A DNA stretch of 64,000 nucleotides from Leucoraja erinacea (GCF_028641065.1 NC_073382.1:11408001-11472000); one strand, 5' to 3'. Positions 34,120 to 47,425 are shown, counted from the first letter of the stretch. Numbers and translations: made by a program. The notes: generated by a model not told the origin, from the sequence alone.

Positions 34120-36728
34120 CCCAAAAGACGCTAATGGGAGTTGTCTGCTGGCCTCCAAACAGTAGCCTGGATATAGGGAGCAAGTTGTATCAGGAGTTAA
34201 AATTGGCATGTAGTAAACTACGGTTATTATTGGGAGATTTTAACATGCAGGTAGACTGGGAAAATCAGGTTGGGACTGGACCCCAAGAAATAGACTTTGT
34301 AGAGTGCCTCCGTGATGGATTCTTAGATCAGCTTTTATTGGAGCCTACCAGGGAGAAGGCAATTCTGGATTTAGTGTTATGTAATGAACCAGATTTGATA
34401 AAGGAATTTGAGGTTAAGGAGCCTTTAGGAGGTAGTGACCATAACATTGTCAGGTTTAATCTACAATTGGAGAGGGAGAAGGGTAAATCGGAGGTGTCAG
34501 GGCAGCAGCTGAATAAAAAGGGACTATGGGGCCATGAGGGAGGAGCTGGCCAAAGTTGACTGGAAAGATACCCTAGCAGGGATGACAGTGGAACAACAAT
34601 GCCAGGTATTTCTGGGAGTGATACAGAAGGCGCTGGATCAGTTCATTCGAAAGATGAAGAAAGATTCCAAGGGGAGTAAGGGGCGACCGTGGCTGACCAG
34701 GGACGTCAGGGACAGTATAAAAATAAAAGAGAAAAAGTACAACGTAGCAAAGATGAGCGGGAAGCAAGAGGATTGGGTAATGTTTAAAGAGCAACAGAAG
34801 ATAACTAAAAATGCAATAAGGGGAGAAAAGATGAGGTACAAAGGTAAGCTAGCCAAGAATATAAAGGAGCATAGTAAACGCTTATTCAGGTATGTGAAGA
34901 AGAAAAAAGTAGTTAAGATCAAAGTTGGACCCCTGAAGACTGAAAAGGGTTAATTTATTATGGGGAACAAGGAAATGGCAGATGAGTGAACAGGTACTTT
35001 GGATCCGTCTTCACTAAGGAGGGCACAAACAATCTTCCTGATGTGCTAGTGGCCAGAGGATCTGGGGTGATGGAGGAACTGAAGGAAATCCACATTAGGC
35101 AGGAAATGGTGTTGGATAGGCTGATGGGACTGAAGGCTGACAAATCCCCAGGGCCTGATGGTCTGCATCCCAGGGTACTTAAAGAAGTGGCTCTAGAAAT
35201 CGTGGACGCAGTGGTGATAATTTTCCAATGTTCTATAGATTCAGGATCAGTTCTTGTGGATTGGAGGGTAGCTAATGTTATCCCACGTTTTAAGAAAGGC
35301 GAGAGAGAAAAACAGGGAATTATAGACCAGTTAGCCTGACATCGGTGATGGGGAAGATGCTGGAGTCAATCATAAAATATGAAACAGCGACACATTTGGA
35401 TAGCAGTAACAGCATCGGTCCGAGTCAGCATGGATTTACGAAGGCGAAATCATGCTTGACTAATCTTCTGGAATTTTTTGAAGATGTAACTTGGAAAATG
35501 GACAAGAGAGAGCCAGTGGATGTAGTGTACCTGGACTTTTAGAAAGCATTTGATAAGGTCCCACATCGGAGATTAGTGGGCAAAATTAATGCACATGGTA
35601 TTGGGGGTAGAGTGCTGACATGGATAGAAAATTGGTTGGCAGACCGGAAACTAAGAGTAGGGATTAACGGGTCTCTTTCGGAATGGCAGGCAGTGACTAG
35701 TGGGGTACCGCAAGGCTCGGTGCAGGGACCGCAGCTATTTACAATATACATCAATGATTTAGATGAAGGGATTCAAAGTAACTTTAGCAAATTTGCAGGT
35801 GACACAAAGCTGGGTGGCAGTGTGAACTGTGAGGAGGATGCTATTAGAATGCAGGGTGACTTGGACAGGTTGAGTAGTGGGCAGATGCATGGCAGATGCA
35901 GTTGAATGTGGGAAAATGTGAGGTTATCCACTTTGGTAGCAAAAACAGGAAGGCAGATTATTATCTAAATGGTGTCAAGTAGGGAAAAGGGGAAGTACAA
36001 CAGGATTTGGGGGTGTCCTTGTTCATCAGTCAATTAAAGTAAGCATGCAGGTACAGCAGGCAGTGAAGAAAGCGAATGCCATGCTGGGCTTCATAACGAG
36101 AGGAGTTGAGTATAGGAGCAAAGAGGTCCTTCTGCAGTTGTATAGGGCTCTAGTGAGACCACACCTGGAGTATTGGGTGCGGTTTTGGTCTCCTAATTTG
36201 AGGAAGGACATTCTTGCTATTGAGGGAGTGCAGCATAGGTTTATAAGGTTAATTCCCGGGATGGCGGGACTGTCACATGCTGGGAGAATGGAGAGGCTGG
36301 GCTTGTACACTCTGGAGTTTAGAAGGATGAGAGGAAGTCCTATTGAAACATGTATGATTATTAAGGGTTTGGACACGCTAGAGGCAGGAAACATGTTCCC
36401 GATGTTGGGGGAGTCCAGAACCAAGGGGCCACTGTTCAAGAATAAGGGGTAAGCTATTTAGAACGGAGACGAGGAAACACTTTTTCACACAGAGAGTTGT
36501 GAGTCTGTGGAATTCTCTGCCTCAGAGGGCAATGGAGGCCGGTTCGGTATATACTTTCAAGAGAGAGCTAGATAGGGCTTTTAAAGATAGCGGAGTCAGG
36601 GGATATGAGGAGAAGGCAGGAACGGGGCACTGATTGTGGATGATCAGCCATGATCACATTGAATGGCGGTGCTGGCTCGAAGGGCCGAATGGCCTACTCC
36701 TGCACCTATTGTCTATTGTCCATTGTCT
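34120..36728 (+). mobile_element. Longest CR1 LINE copy (about 2.6 kb): APE endonuclease end, RT and 3' tail, pseudogenic
   Basis: LLGDFN, ILDLVL, LGGSDHN, KSPGPDGLHPRVLKE, GVPQGSV, FAGDTKL (mutated FADD), LYRALVRPHLEY; tail (ctattgt)n. Confidence 0.95.
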
Positions 36729-36919
36729 AATTGAAACATATTTCATCCTCTCTATACTGGTTGCCATTGTAACGCATTTGGTTAACCTTTAATAACGCTG
36801 AATTCACTATTCTATGAGAGCGGGTAGTTAACAGATTCTGACAACTCCTGCATTTGTAGGAACCTCTGCTCTATTCTGAGGTTCCAACCTAGTTTAAAGA
36901 CCTATTATTATCCTTCAAA

Positions 36920-38040
36920 GAAAAGCAAGGTAGCAAGGTAATGCCAACCTCCCGTTGGCTCTGACACCCATCATCATGAAATGATTTAAGAGACAGGAGG
37001 TAGATAGAGGTGGTAACATAATGGCAAAACAAAATGTTCTTCCCCAAATGCTAGGAAAATTGAGGAGCAGGGTGGCGCGCACGGCCCAGTCTACATCAAC
37101 AGTGCAAAAGTGGAGGTGGTGGAGAGTTTCGCGTTCCTTGCTGTATGTATAACTAACAAAGTGTACTGGTCCAATCACATTGACACCACTGCTGAGAAAG
37201 CACAGGAACGCCCATACTTCATCAGAAGACCAAGGAAATTATGCATATCGCTAATGCTTCATACCACTTTCTATAGATCACAGAAAGCACCTAACCGGAT
37301 GCACCTTGGTTCGGCAACTACCCAAGAAATTGCAGAGAGCTGTGGATATACCTTGGTACATCAGGCAAACCAGCCTCCCACCCTCGCCCCTCCCACCTAT
37401 CCCCCTTCTCTTCCCGCACTATTTTTTCATTGGGTGCACACCACGCTGCTTCGGGAAAGCAGCCAACGTAATCAAGAACCACTCACTCTCTGGTCACTCC
37501 CTCTCGTCGGGAAGAAGATACAGTCGTTTCAAAGCACATACCCACCAGATTCAATGACAGCTCCTTCCTCGCTGTTGGTAATTTCTTGAACGGAACTCGC
37601 GTTAACTAAAGTGTAGCAAGGAAGCGTGGATGCTGGTTTACATCGAAGATAGACACAAATGCTGGCGTAACTCAAGGGGTTACTCTGGAGAATCGTCACC
37701 CATTCCTTTTCTCCAGAGATGCTGCCTGTCCCGCTGAGTTACACCAGCATTTTATTTCTATCTTTTCTCCAGAGATGCGGCCTGACCCGCATTTTGTGTC
37801 TATCTCCCAAATCCCCCCCAATCTGCTTCATTGGGACCCCTTACCCTTAACAATACAAAAGGACAGTTGTTTCCTGGAACGTTAGCGCTATATTGCACTG
37901 TTTCATTGCTCTTTTTTGCACCGCGAGTTGTGTTCATGACTGGTTTGATTTAATCATGTATGGATGATTTGTCTGGATCGCGCCCAAAACATGTTTTCAC
38001 TGTATCTGGGTACACGTGAGAATAATAAACCAATACCAAG
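36920..38040 (+). mobile_element. Old Rex1-type LINE with an inserted fold-back pLTR (about 37610-37805)
   Basis: EVVESFAFL, WSNHIDTTAEKAQ, GKAANVIKNHS..SGRRY. Confidence 0.65.
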
Positions 38041-38544
38041 TTCATGAAGAGCAGACGTGAAGCTTGTTGTCTCTCTGTTTCTAATATAAGAAATCTGTTG
38101 GCAATTATTTAGTACACTCAAACTTAATGAGAATAATTAATGTCAATGTGCAATGGAACAAAATGGAAACAATTGATCGGCCCATTGAGATTTGATTGGC
38201 ATACATTGATTTGCACCCCGTGTTAGCTTTCTATCCACTTTTCCAATTTTAATCAAATGACGCACGCGAGGAACGAGAAATTTACATGGAAGGAGTCAGA
38301 AACAACTCTATTCAATGCCATTGGCGCTTTATTCCTTTATTTAACATTCTTAACCTTTCTATTTTGGTCTGTAGGTATTGTTTTCGGATGCAATTTTAAA
38401 CACCTTCCTAGAAAATCTAACTTAAGGAAATGAACTAGTTGTAACATCTGCAAACGCAGCTTGACACGGATAGGGTTCTTGGTTAGGGGAAGAACGTGTA
38501 CAGATGTTCCCAAAGCACTGCTCACAAGGCCTACAGTGTAGGAC

Positions 38545-38692
38545 ACTAACGGAATCAATGGATATGGGGAGAAAGCAGGAACGGGGTATTGATTTGGGAT
38601 GATCAGCCATGATCATATTAGATGGCGGTGCTGGCTCGAAGGGCCGAATGGCCTATTCTTGCACCTATTTTCTACGTGCCTATGTTTCTATG
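38545..38692 (+). mobile_element. CR1 3' tail
   Basis: gatgatcagccatgatc..gggccgaatggcct. Confidence 0.8.
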
Positions 38693-38782
38693 ACATCGTC
38701 CAGAGACTTCGCACACTGCAGATACTGTTCACTCTATTGGAACTTACGCGGGCACTGTCCATAGCTCACTCTGACAGTACTC

Positions 38783-39047
38783 GGGCAGCACGATAGCGCA
38801 GTGGTAGAGTTGCTGCCTTCCAGCGCCAGCGTCGCGGGCTCGATCATGACTCCGGGCGCAGTCTGTACAGAGTTTGTGCGTTCTCCCTGTGACCCCGTGG
38901 GTTTTCTCTGGGTGCTCTGGTTCCCCCCACCCGAAGGACATACAGGTTTGTAGGTTAATTGGCTTCAGTAAAAATTGTAAATTGTCCCTACGATGGAACT
39001 GCTGGGCCCAGATTCGGTGGAACGGGCTGTACCTCTAAAGTCTAAAG
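38783..39047 (+). mobile_element. HE1-type tRNA-derived SINE
   Basis: A box tagcgcagtggt, B box ggctcgatc, central core, tail tctaaagtctaaag. Confidence 0.85.
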
Positions 39048-40229
39048 ATTCGCCCCCACTATACGGAAAACTGCCCATAGTGTAATAAATCGACTGGTCA
39101 ATGCCCATACAATAAGCCAGATATCTCATCAGCCAACAACTTTTAAAGTTGCCGGCGACAGACTGGCCGGAGATTCCACACTCCGCGGATCTCTCTGCAC
39201 TTAATTTACAGTCGGTGACCATCCAAGGAACGATAGCACATTCACTAATACTAAAGCGGTCCGACCAATCAGTGCCTACTTGGTCATAAGTGTCTACAGA
39301 ATAACCTCCGGATCAGCAGTAAGTAAAAATCGCCTGATCACAGACAACAGATCGAAAAATGCTAAAGACTACACAAAGCACAAATGCTGGGAGACATCAG
39401 GATTGTCGACCAGTCGCATTTGTCCCTCATATATAGTTCCAGCATGATTTCACAACGAAAACACACGATATAAAGCACCAACTACTGTTCGGCTGTGTGT
39501 GAAGAAGGTGTGTGTCTCGATCCATTCCTTCTCTCCAGAGATGCTGACTGTCGCGCTGAGTTACTCCAGCATTTTGTGTCCACTCTCATGATGAAATCAG
39601 GGTCGGTTGAATGTGCTGGGTCAGAGATTCCCTGATCTGAGCAAGCAACGGATTGGTTCCCCTGGATTGCAAAATGAGTTTAAAATAGTTTTCGGAAGAA
39701 TGTGGGTTTAGAGGAGAGGCGTCATGAATATGAAAACGTAAAATACGGATTATGGTGGTTTCTGGCCTGCGTTTATAGCTACTTGAGTCATTGAAAATGT
39801 AACCGGATCAATTGCGGGCTGGTCTCACACGGAGGGGTACCGAACCCTCTTCTACATAAATCACATTGGTGGGTTCCATCACTGGTCTTCGAAATATTTT
39901 CTCCTTTGATCTGAGCCACAAACATGCTTAATTTAATGCATTAAATGTGAGCTAACTAAACATAATGCCACTGAGATTTGCAAAGACTGACTTTTTTTTT
40001 TTACCACTTCTACCTCTTCGGATTTGCTCCGAACTGTTTATGCAGCTCATCTATCCGTCTCTACAGAACAACTCCAGGCCTCGCCGGGACCCGTGGATGT
40101 CAGTCACCCAGGTCTCTGACACACAATGGCCTTGATCTTCTCAGGCGACCAAAGGTCGGCACTCTGAAGGCGATAGCGATTTTCGTCAGCAATGTTTGCC
40201 TTTGATGAGGCGCAGAACATAGAATGCAG

Positions 40230-41035
40230 ACGAGCAGAGATTAAAGGAGGTGTGCGGGACATGTTGTTTTACACAGAGAGTGATAGGTGCCTGCAACTCG
40301 CTGAAACGGGTAGTGGTGGTGCAGGCAGACACGATCGTGGTATTTAAGATACCTTACGATAGGCACACGAATATGCAGTATTTTAAGGAGTATAGATCAT
40401 GTGCAATAGACAATAGCCAATAGGTGCTGGAGTAGGCCATTCGACCCATCGAGCCAGACCCGCCATTCAATGTGATCATGGCTGATCATCCCAAATCAGT
40501 ACCGCGTTCCTGCCTTCCCCCCATATCCCCTGACTCCGCTATTTTTAAGAGCCCTATCTAGCTCTCTCTTGAAAGCAGCAGATTCGATTATTTTATCCTG
40601 GCATCATGTTCGACAAAGACATTATGGGCCGAAGGGCCAGTGTGCGGGACATGTGTTGTATCTTTCTAGATTATATGTGTAATACAGCGCAGGAACAGGC
40701 CCTGTGCCGAATATAATGGCAAGTTAAACTAATCTCTGCCTGCACGTGATCCGTGTATCTCCATTCTCTGCATATCCATGTGCCTATCTAAAACGCTCCT
40801 AAATGCCACTATCCTATCTGCCTCCACCGCCAACCCCGGCGGCGTGTTCTACGCGCCCACTACTCTCTGTAAAAGACTTGCCCCATTTGACTTTAAAGCG
40901 ACGCAATCTGGTCTTTGGCATCCCCGCCTGGGATGAGGTTCTGACTGTCTACCCTACCTATAATTCTATATACTTCTATCCGGTCTCCCCTCGACCCCCG
41001 ACGCTTCAAAGAAAACAGACCAAGTTTGTAACTCC
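40230..41035. mobile_element. Cluster of CR1 3' fragments in both orientations (40405-40578 nested, minus)
   Basis: tttacacagagagtg..; caatagacaatag..aggccattcg; KLGLFSLKRRGSRGD on the minus strand. Confidence 0.7.
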
Positions 41036-41913
41036 CAAGAAATGGGCATCTGATGGGGATAAGCGAATGTCCTCTCTGCCTCAAAGGCAATGTCCTCTCT
41101 GCCAACATTGGAAGCACCGAGCTACTGATTGCATTCATTCGGCTCCGCTAGGCCGGCCGCATGGTGGGCATGTCTCACACAAACATACACTCAATGTTGA
41201 AGCTCTGTCAGGGCAAGAGAGTACCACATTGACAGAGAAAACGATTTGTGGATGTTCTCAAAGCCTCCATGTGAAAATGTAAACCTTGTGACAATTCTTG
41301 GCCATTCCAAACAGGAGACTTAGCCCTGATAATGAGACTTTCGATTCGTGCATCGAGAACACACGGCAGCCCGGCGGAATTGGCAGAAAGAACGACCCCT
41401 CCTAAATTACCTACCCCTCTCCCCCATCAGGCATCTCCTCCACCACCCAAGGCAGGGTTTCCGGGTCCCACCGGCAACCAGAGGACAATTCCGCTGTTTG
41501 GAAGCAAATCATCTTCAATGGCGAGCGGATGCCAGGAAGAAGGTGGCTTCGTTGCAATTGGGGCCACCTGTAGAAATGACCACAATTACTGTCCCTAGCA
41601 AGTTAAATCGAAGCTCCCGTAAAGTGACGACCCAAATATTGACCCTGTTATACTTTTAGGATTTGATCTAATATGAAAAAAATGCTGTCCCCTGAGTAAA
41701 ATCATAATCTATTCATGTGATGTCCGCTGTTTGATCTGGGAGGAGCATACCCTTGGATTAGCTTCACTATAACTTCCAGTTTACAATAAGTAACAGCAGA
41801 GAATCGTCAACACTCATCGTTAGATGTTAATTCAGTGGCTTTATTTACAGGTGTGCAACACCCTCTGCGTACTACCTATGCCGAGGGGAGGCAGATTCCA
41901 TCTGCTGGCTTAA

Positions 41914-42170
41914 AACATAGAAACATCGAAAACATAGGAAAATAGGTGCTGAAGTAAGCCATTCGGCCTTTGAGCCAGCACCGCCATTCGATATTATCAT
42001 GGTTGATCATCTAAAATCAGTACCCCCATTCCTGCCTTTTCCCTATATCCCTTGATGTTTTTAGCCCGAGGAGCTAAATCTAACTCCCTCTTGAAAACAT
42101 CCAGTGAATTGGCCTCCACTATCTCCTGTGGCAGAGAATTCCATAGATCCACAACGCGCTTGGTGAAAAA
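41914..42170 (-). mobile_element. CR1 3' end
   Basis: FFTKRVVDLWNSLPQEIVEA; (catagaaa)n. Confidence 0.85.
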
Positions 42171-44532
42171 TACATTGTTTGCAGATGCCGGCGGAAGAGA
42201 GCTTTGTCTGTACCTCAGCGCGTCCCGGCCTATGTAAACACATTTAATTAAACAAAAGTATTCCAACAGCGATCACTGTGGCTACAGGAACATGTCTCAC
42301 TGAGTGACCAGCTATCCCAGTATACCAACCGCCTGCCTACAAACTCCCAGCAATGATTCACATTTAGTATTGTGGACAGATGCGTGATTTTTTACTTCAA
42401 TTCCCATTATTAGTGCAGAAAGCGCCAACACTGGAAAAAATATTTCCATCAAGTGAACGCGTGTCCATGCGAAAATTTAAAATGCGTATGAATTTCAAAT
42501 GGGTTGACCAAAGTTTGTATCTGCCAATCGGTGGGCAAAACAAGGTTGGATATTCAAACGTCCTGGAAACTGGTTATGTTAGCAATGAACCTATCCTCTG
42601 TGACTCTGTAGGTCGCAGCATGTAAAGCAACCCTCCACAAACATCTAGTGGTGAATCTGGGGTGAAACGCATCACGCCTGAAGACTTCCTGTTTGAAAAC
42701 ATTTATTAAACTTCGTTATAAAATAACAAAACTCAAAATTGCAAACCTAGGCACCATTTCAAAGTTGCTCAGTGCGGAACGGAAAAAAAGAGGGGTAAAT
42801 GACAGCAATTACTTTTGACGAGAACTAGGTTCTTCGACATAACGCAATGCCTCAATCTATTGCATAAACGGACAAATAAACGTTGAAACCTACAAGCGCA
42901 CAGGGACAACTTTTACCAAAGCATGCGTATGAAGAGAATGTGATCCGTACACTGTTCAGTCCTCCAAGCCAACGTCTATAATATATGAAGAAGAAAATCA
43001 AAATTTGGCAACCACACAGATTCTTGATATTGTAAGTACTGGGACAAGATACATTGACAAGTCACCCAAATTCGTGGCTTGATCTAATATCATATTTTCC
43101 TTTACATATTGCAAAACTTCAGCAATGAGTCTCCTAATGTGTTCACGTGAATTATTCATGAATATTCGTTAAAATATATATCAGAAGCGCCAAGATAGAT
43201 TTATCAAACCGGCCGGCATATTCCAGAGAATTGCTGCTATTCTGATTGCCGATTGGGTGTGTGGTAAGCCGAACTTTAACGCCACTATCATTCCAAATGC
43301 GAGTGGCTCGCTCAGTGCAATAGCTAGGTTTGAGGACCAGCAGCGGAAGCGGGACACAGGTCACTTGACTGAGAATCGTTTGCAAAAATCTTTTAATATT
43401 TGTTGGTTTACAGTTTGCAAAAAATATTTCAACCACCTTTAACTTATATGTAATTTAATAAAAACGTAGTAGTTTCAATTCTCCGACTGAATTCTACGCT
43501 AAACAACTGATATATTCACAGCAACATCTGACACGTGTCACTCAGATAATTACCCGGGATATCGTACAATTTAATTCCCAAGTCTGTAACCCAATATATT
43601 TAGACTCGAATTAACTCGCCTGTTGGCCAGTTTGTGAAGTTTCAAAATAGCTTCGTGTTATTAGTTTTGTTTTGATATACTGACATTAAAATGTTTGAGT
43701 ATATTATTATATATGTATATCTAAATATTCAAACATTTTACTATATATATCATCATTGGATTTAATGAAACTCGATATTACATGCAAACCTGCCTGCTGG
43801 ACAAAATTCAGAGTGGCCAATTTCTAAAAGCATCGCATAAGTTTCTGTTTGAGAAAATCTGACAGAGATAACCTCAACGTCGGCGTCCCTTATTTTAGGG
43901 GAAATTAAATATGTGTCACTTGTCCAGACTCTATCCTCTTCTTCGTAAAAGGTACTAATGTCCTGAGTGATATCCGTAATTTTCAACCTGCTCAGCCCTT
44001 GCTTCGAGTAAGCCAGGTTTTTCTCCCGGTTGAAACCGGCGGTGGCTCCCAGGCTAACGGAGACTTTGCCAACGAAACAGCGAGCGTTTACTTTAAAAAC
44101 AGAACATTTGAATAATTAAATTATCACCATTTAAGATCAACATCCGCTCTTGTTCCGGGAAATAAAATAAAACCTAATGGGCCAATGTGGGAGCGATTTG
44201 TTCCAGTTAACGAGGCTGAACTACAGTTTGTGGATGGAGGTAGACGCTAAGCGTTACCTTTCAAATTTAATGAATTAATTAGGTGACTCAAACTATTTCT
44301 TCAAGTCCTGATATATCAGTCTTAATCATTTCCACGGTAAGGTGCAAACTCTCCTAACCCAGCGCCAATTGTACTTTCATTGATGGCCGGGTGTATTAAA
44401 TCAAAATTGAACACTTCAACCAGTTTCTAACAGCATTTTTTATATGCGTAAGAGATATTGTCGAAAAGCACATTTCAAAACGGAATCAGGTTAAGTATAA
44501 ATACAAATGATATACAACGATATCTTGTAAAA

Positions 44533-44538
44533 TTTATT
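44533..44538 (-). terminator. Candidate proximal polyadenylation signal of Sox1 (a distal candidate lies at 42702-42707)
   Basis: AATAAA on the minus strand, about 630 nt after the stop codon. Confidence 0.4.
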
Positions 44539-44840
44539 ATGTCAACGGAGTTATTTTGACTAGCACAAACATCAGTGTGCGTGCAGTATGGTCTTTCGTA
44601 ATCTATTTACATTGGCTGTTGGAATCCACTGGCATATGTTTATAATGTAATTATCTCCGTGGTTACAGAAAATGTTACAATGCGAAAAAAAAGGGTATCT
44701 AGTCTCAAATACAGAAATTCACATGGGTCACAAACCTGCAACTAAAAGCAACGGAAATCTCCTACAAAAAAAAATAAGTTGCAAGACTTGTCCAAAACTC
44801 AAAGAATTCCCGTGTGTGTGCGGAGGGGGGGGGAGGGGAT

Positions 44841-44880
<40 letters not shown>

Positions 44881-45166
44881 ATTGATTTTCACGTTACTCA
44901 ATTTCGAGTAATTCTGGAGCGTGTGTAAACAGCGAGAGTGCCCATTCTGGGCAAATTCCAACAGTCGACAATTAACACAGTCATTCATCTTCCCAATTGC
45001 CTGAAATGATAAATACTGTACAAAAAGCCTCGGTAATAAAACATTCAGATTCTTTTTTTTTAAGGTATGTGCACTAGGTTTAGAGCCAAAAAAAATGTTC
45101 GCAGTCCACTCTTTTTTTTACAAGAACATCAAGGAAAGCGCAGAGTTCGTTCCCGAGGCCCAATAT

Positions 45167-46186
45167 TCACATGTGAGTTAGTGGAATGGTCCCATTTACC
45201 CCCGAAGCCGGGCTCTGATAGTGTTGAGAAAGTGGCAGCAGTCTGCTGGAAGACGGGTCGCCTGTTTCTCCTCCTCCTCCTCCTCCTCCTCCTCCTCCTC
45301 CTCCGGGTAAATACATGCTGATCATCTCCCTTAGGTCCCCGGAGCACGGGGGGCGGGAGTGGGAGCTGACCGGGGGACTAGGGGCCGGTTCCAATTTCAC
45401 CATCGAGGCCAGTTGGATGCCACCGGCCGGCTGGTGGCTGTAGCCGGATGAGAGAGTGCCGTAGGAAGGGGAGCCGCTCATGTAGCTCTGCGTGCCGGTG
45501 AGTGGGCTGTACTGGAGGGGCATGTCGTAACGGTGCAACTGCTGCGGGTGGTGATGGTGGTGATGTACTGCTCCCCCGCCGGCGCCCCCGTCGCCCCCTC
45601 CTCCTGCTCCCACCGCTGCCAGCGCCGGGTGCTGGGAGTAAGACAATTGTTCCTGCATCATGACCGCGGCCGCCGCTGCCGCCGCCGAGCCCGGGTAAGA
45701 GCCATTCGCCCAACCGTTCATGTGCCCGTAAGCGCCGGCCACGCCCGCCGCGTCCAGCCGCTGGCTTAAGCCGAGCGCTCCGGGGCCTTGAGGCAGCAAC
45801 GCGGTCGGCAGCGAGTACTTGTCCTTCTTCAGTAGAGTCTTGGTCTTCCGGCGGGGACGGTACTTGTAATCCGGGTGCTCTTTCATGTGCAACGCTCGGA
45901 GTCTCTTGGCTTCGTCGATGAAGGGTCGCTTCTCTCCCTCGGACATTAACTTCCACTCAGCTCCCAGGCGCTTGCTGATCTCCGAGTTGTGCATCTTGGG
46001 GTTTTCCTGAGCCATCTTCCTCCGCTGCCCGCGGGACCACACCATGAAGGCGTTCATGGGTCTCTTCACCCGCTCGCCACTCAGCTTGCCGTTTGTGCCC
46101 GCAGCGGGCACGGTGGTCCCGCCGCCCGGCGCGCTGATCGGATGCCCCGGAGACTGCAACTCACTCTCCATCATCAGACTATACAT
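45167..46186 (-). CDS. SOX1: SRY-box transcription factor 1 (SoxB1 group), single exon, 339 aa
   Basis: Intact HMG box [56 protein letters not shown] and group B motif [12 protein letters not shown]. Sox1-type features: [24 protein letters not shown], His-rich tract, [11 protein letters not shown] and C-terminal [11 protein letters not shown]. An in-frame TGA lies immediately before the ATG. Confidence 0.95.
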   Translation of the reverse strand: MYSLMMESELQSPGHPISAPGGGTTVPAAGTNGKLSGERVKRPMNAFMVWSRGQRRKMAQENPKMHNSEISKRLGAEWKLMSEGEKRPFIDEAKRLRALHMKEHPDYKYRPRRKTKTLLKKDKYSLPTALLPQGPGALGLSQRLDAAGVAGAYGHMNGWANGSYPGSAAAAAAAVMMQEQLSYSQHPALAAVGAGGGGDGGAGGGAVHHHHHHPQQLHRYDMPLQYSPLTGTQSYMSGSPSYGTLSSGYSHQPAGGIQLASMVKLEPAPSPPVSSHSRPPCSGDLREMISMYLPGGGGGGGGGGGGETGDPSSSRLLPLSQHYQSPASGVNGTIPLTHM

Positions 46187-46300
46187 TCAAGCGGCACCCG
46201 GGGTCTGTCGGCGGGGAGCGGGGAAGTAGCCGGCGAGTCTGCGGCTCCCGGGTCAGAATTCCCCGTCCTCCCGAATTCCGATCCAACGCGTTTTTTTTTC
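45300..46300. other. CpG island over the Sox1 body
   Basis: Visibly high GC and CpG density relative to the flanks. Confidence 0.75.
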
Positions 46301-46407
46301 TCTCCTTTATTTTAAAAATGCAAAAGCAACAAAGTTTTCTTTGTGTAGAATTTCCTCAGGACGAGCTGGATCCCGATTTGGCGCCGGTGACTGGAACGGG
46401 TTGCTAG

Positions 46408-46414
46408 TTCTTTC

Positions 46415-46449
<35 letters not shown>

Positions 46450-46461
46450 CCCGTCTCTCTC
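46408..46461. repeat. (CT)n microsatellite (GA repeat in the Sox1 5' leader)
   Basis: tctctctctctc run. Confidence 0.85.
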
Positions 46462-46639
46462 TGGAACCGGTTCAGTGATCTTCAGTTTGAAACCGGTTCA
46501 GAGTGCCCAGGATTAGAATCGGTGAAGAGTTGCTGAGGCGTGCGCGCCGGTCGTTGCTGGCTATGCAGCCGTTCTTGCTCAGAGTTATTCGCTTGTGGTT
46601 TGTATGTGGGTTGAAGGTAACGCGGAGAACAGGCCCCGG

Positions 46640-46760
46640 GGATGCAGATTGACAGCTATTAAATGAGTTTGCGGCAGCCAATGAGCTGACTCCCTGGGTG
46701 AGGTTCAGTTGAATGGCTCTGACGTAAAGTGGGAGAGAAAATGTATTAATTACATAAAGG
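46640..46760 (-). promoter_or_regulatory. Putative Sox1 proximal promoter
   Basis: CCAAT 46678-46682; TATA-like TTTAATAG about 46656-46663 (minus); AGATTGACAG 46646-46655; TGACGTAA 46720-46727; ATGTATTAATTACAT 46741-46755. Confidence 0.6.
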
Positions 46761-47240
46761 GGGGGGGGGGGGGGGGGAGTGCCCCAGTGCCCAGGGTTGT
46801 TAGGGGGTCGGGGATGTGGGGGGGGTCGGGAGATGATGGGGTGGGACGGAGATGCTGCTGCTGAGGAGGGGTGGTGGTGGGGGGGGGGGGGGGGGGGGGG
46901 GGGAGGAGGAAGGGGGAGATGTGCGAGATTTTTGGTACCAATCTCCGCGCTTACCAAGTCCATCCCACCGACCGCATCTTCTTCAGGGATGAGCTTTGTG
47001 ACGGATGCCAGGGCCGGTGGTTGACGCGAACAGCAAACAGCCAAAAAAGCAGGGTATGTCCGGATAACGAAACCACATCGTGCTTCTTCATAGCATTTAG
47101 TCAGTCATGAATTTCTGAATCACAAACCCGGCTGGGCACGAGGGAAACCGCAGTAATTCTTCCCCGGAGGGAGCCGTGGCTTCCAATTAGCGATTCCTTT
47201 ATGCGAGGCAGTATTTGCAGCGAGACCAGTATTAAATGCT

Positions 47241-47425
47241 NNNNNNNNNNNNNNNNNNNNNNNNNNNNNNNNNNNNNNNNNNNNNNNNNNNNNNNNNNNN
47301 NNNNNNNNNNNNNNNNNNNNNNNNNNNNNNNNNNNNNNNNNNNNNNNNNNNNNNNNNNNNNNNNNNNNNNNNNNNNNNNNNNNNNNNNNNNNNNNNNNNN
47401 NNNNNNNNNNNNNNNNNNNNNNNNN
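47241..47425. other. Assembly gap
   Basis: Run of N. Confidence 1.

Noticed and set aside
34120-36728. Active LINE or domesticated RT gene
   Set aside because: 5'-truncated, multiple stops and frameshifts, FADD mutated to FAGD
45167-46186. Assignment as Sox2 or Sox3
   Set aside because: The GWANG.YPGS-polyAla-MMQE segment, His tract and [11 protein letters not shown] fit Sox1 better; phylogeny or synteny would settle it
45378-46315. Overlapping alternative and antisense ORFs in Sox1
   Set aside because: Expected shadows of a GC-rich CDS
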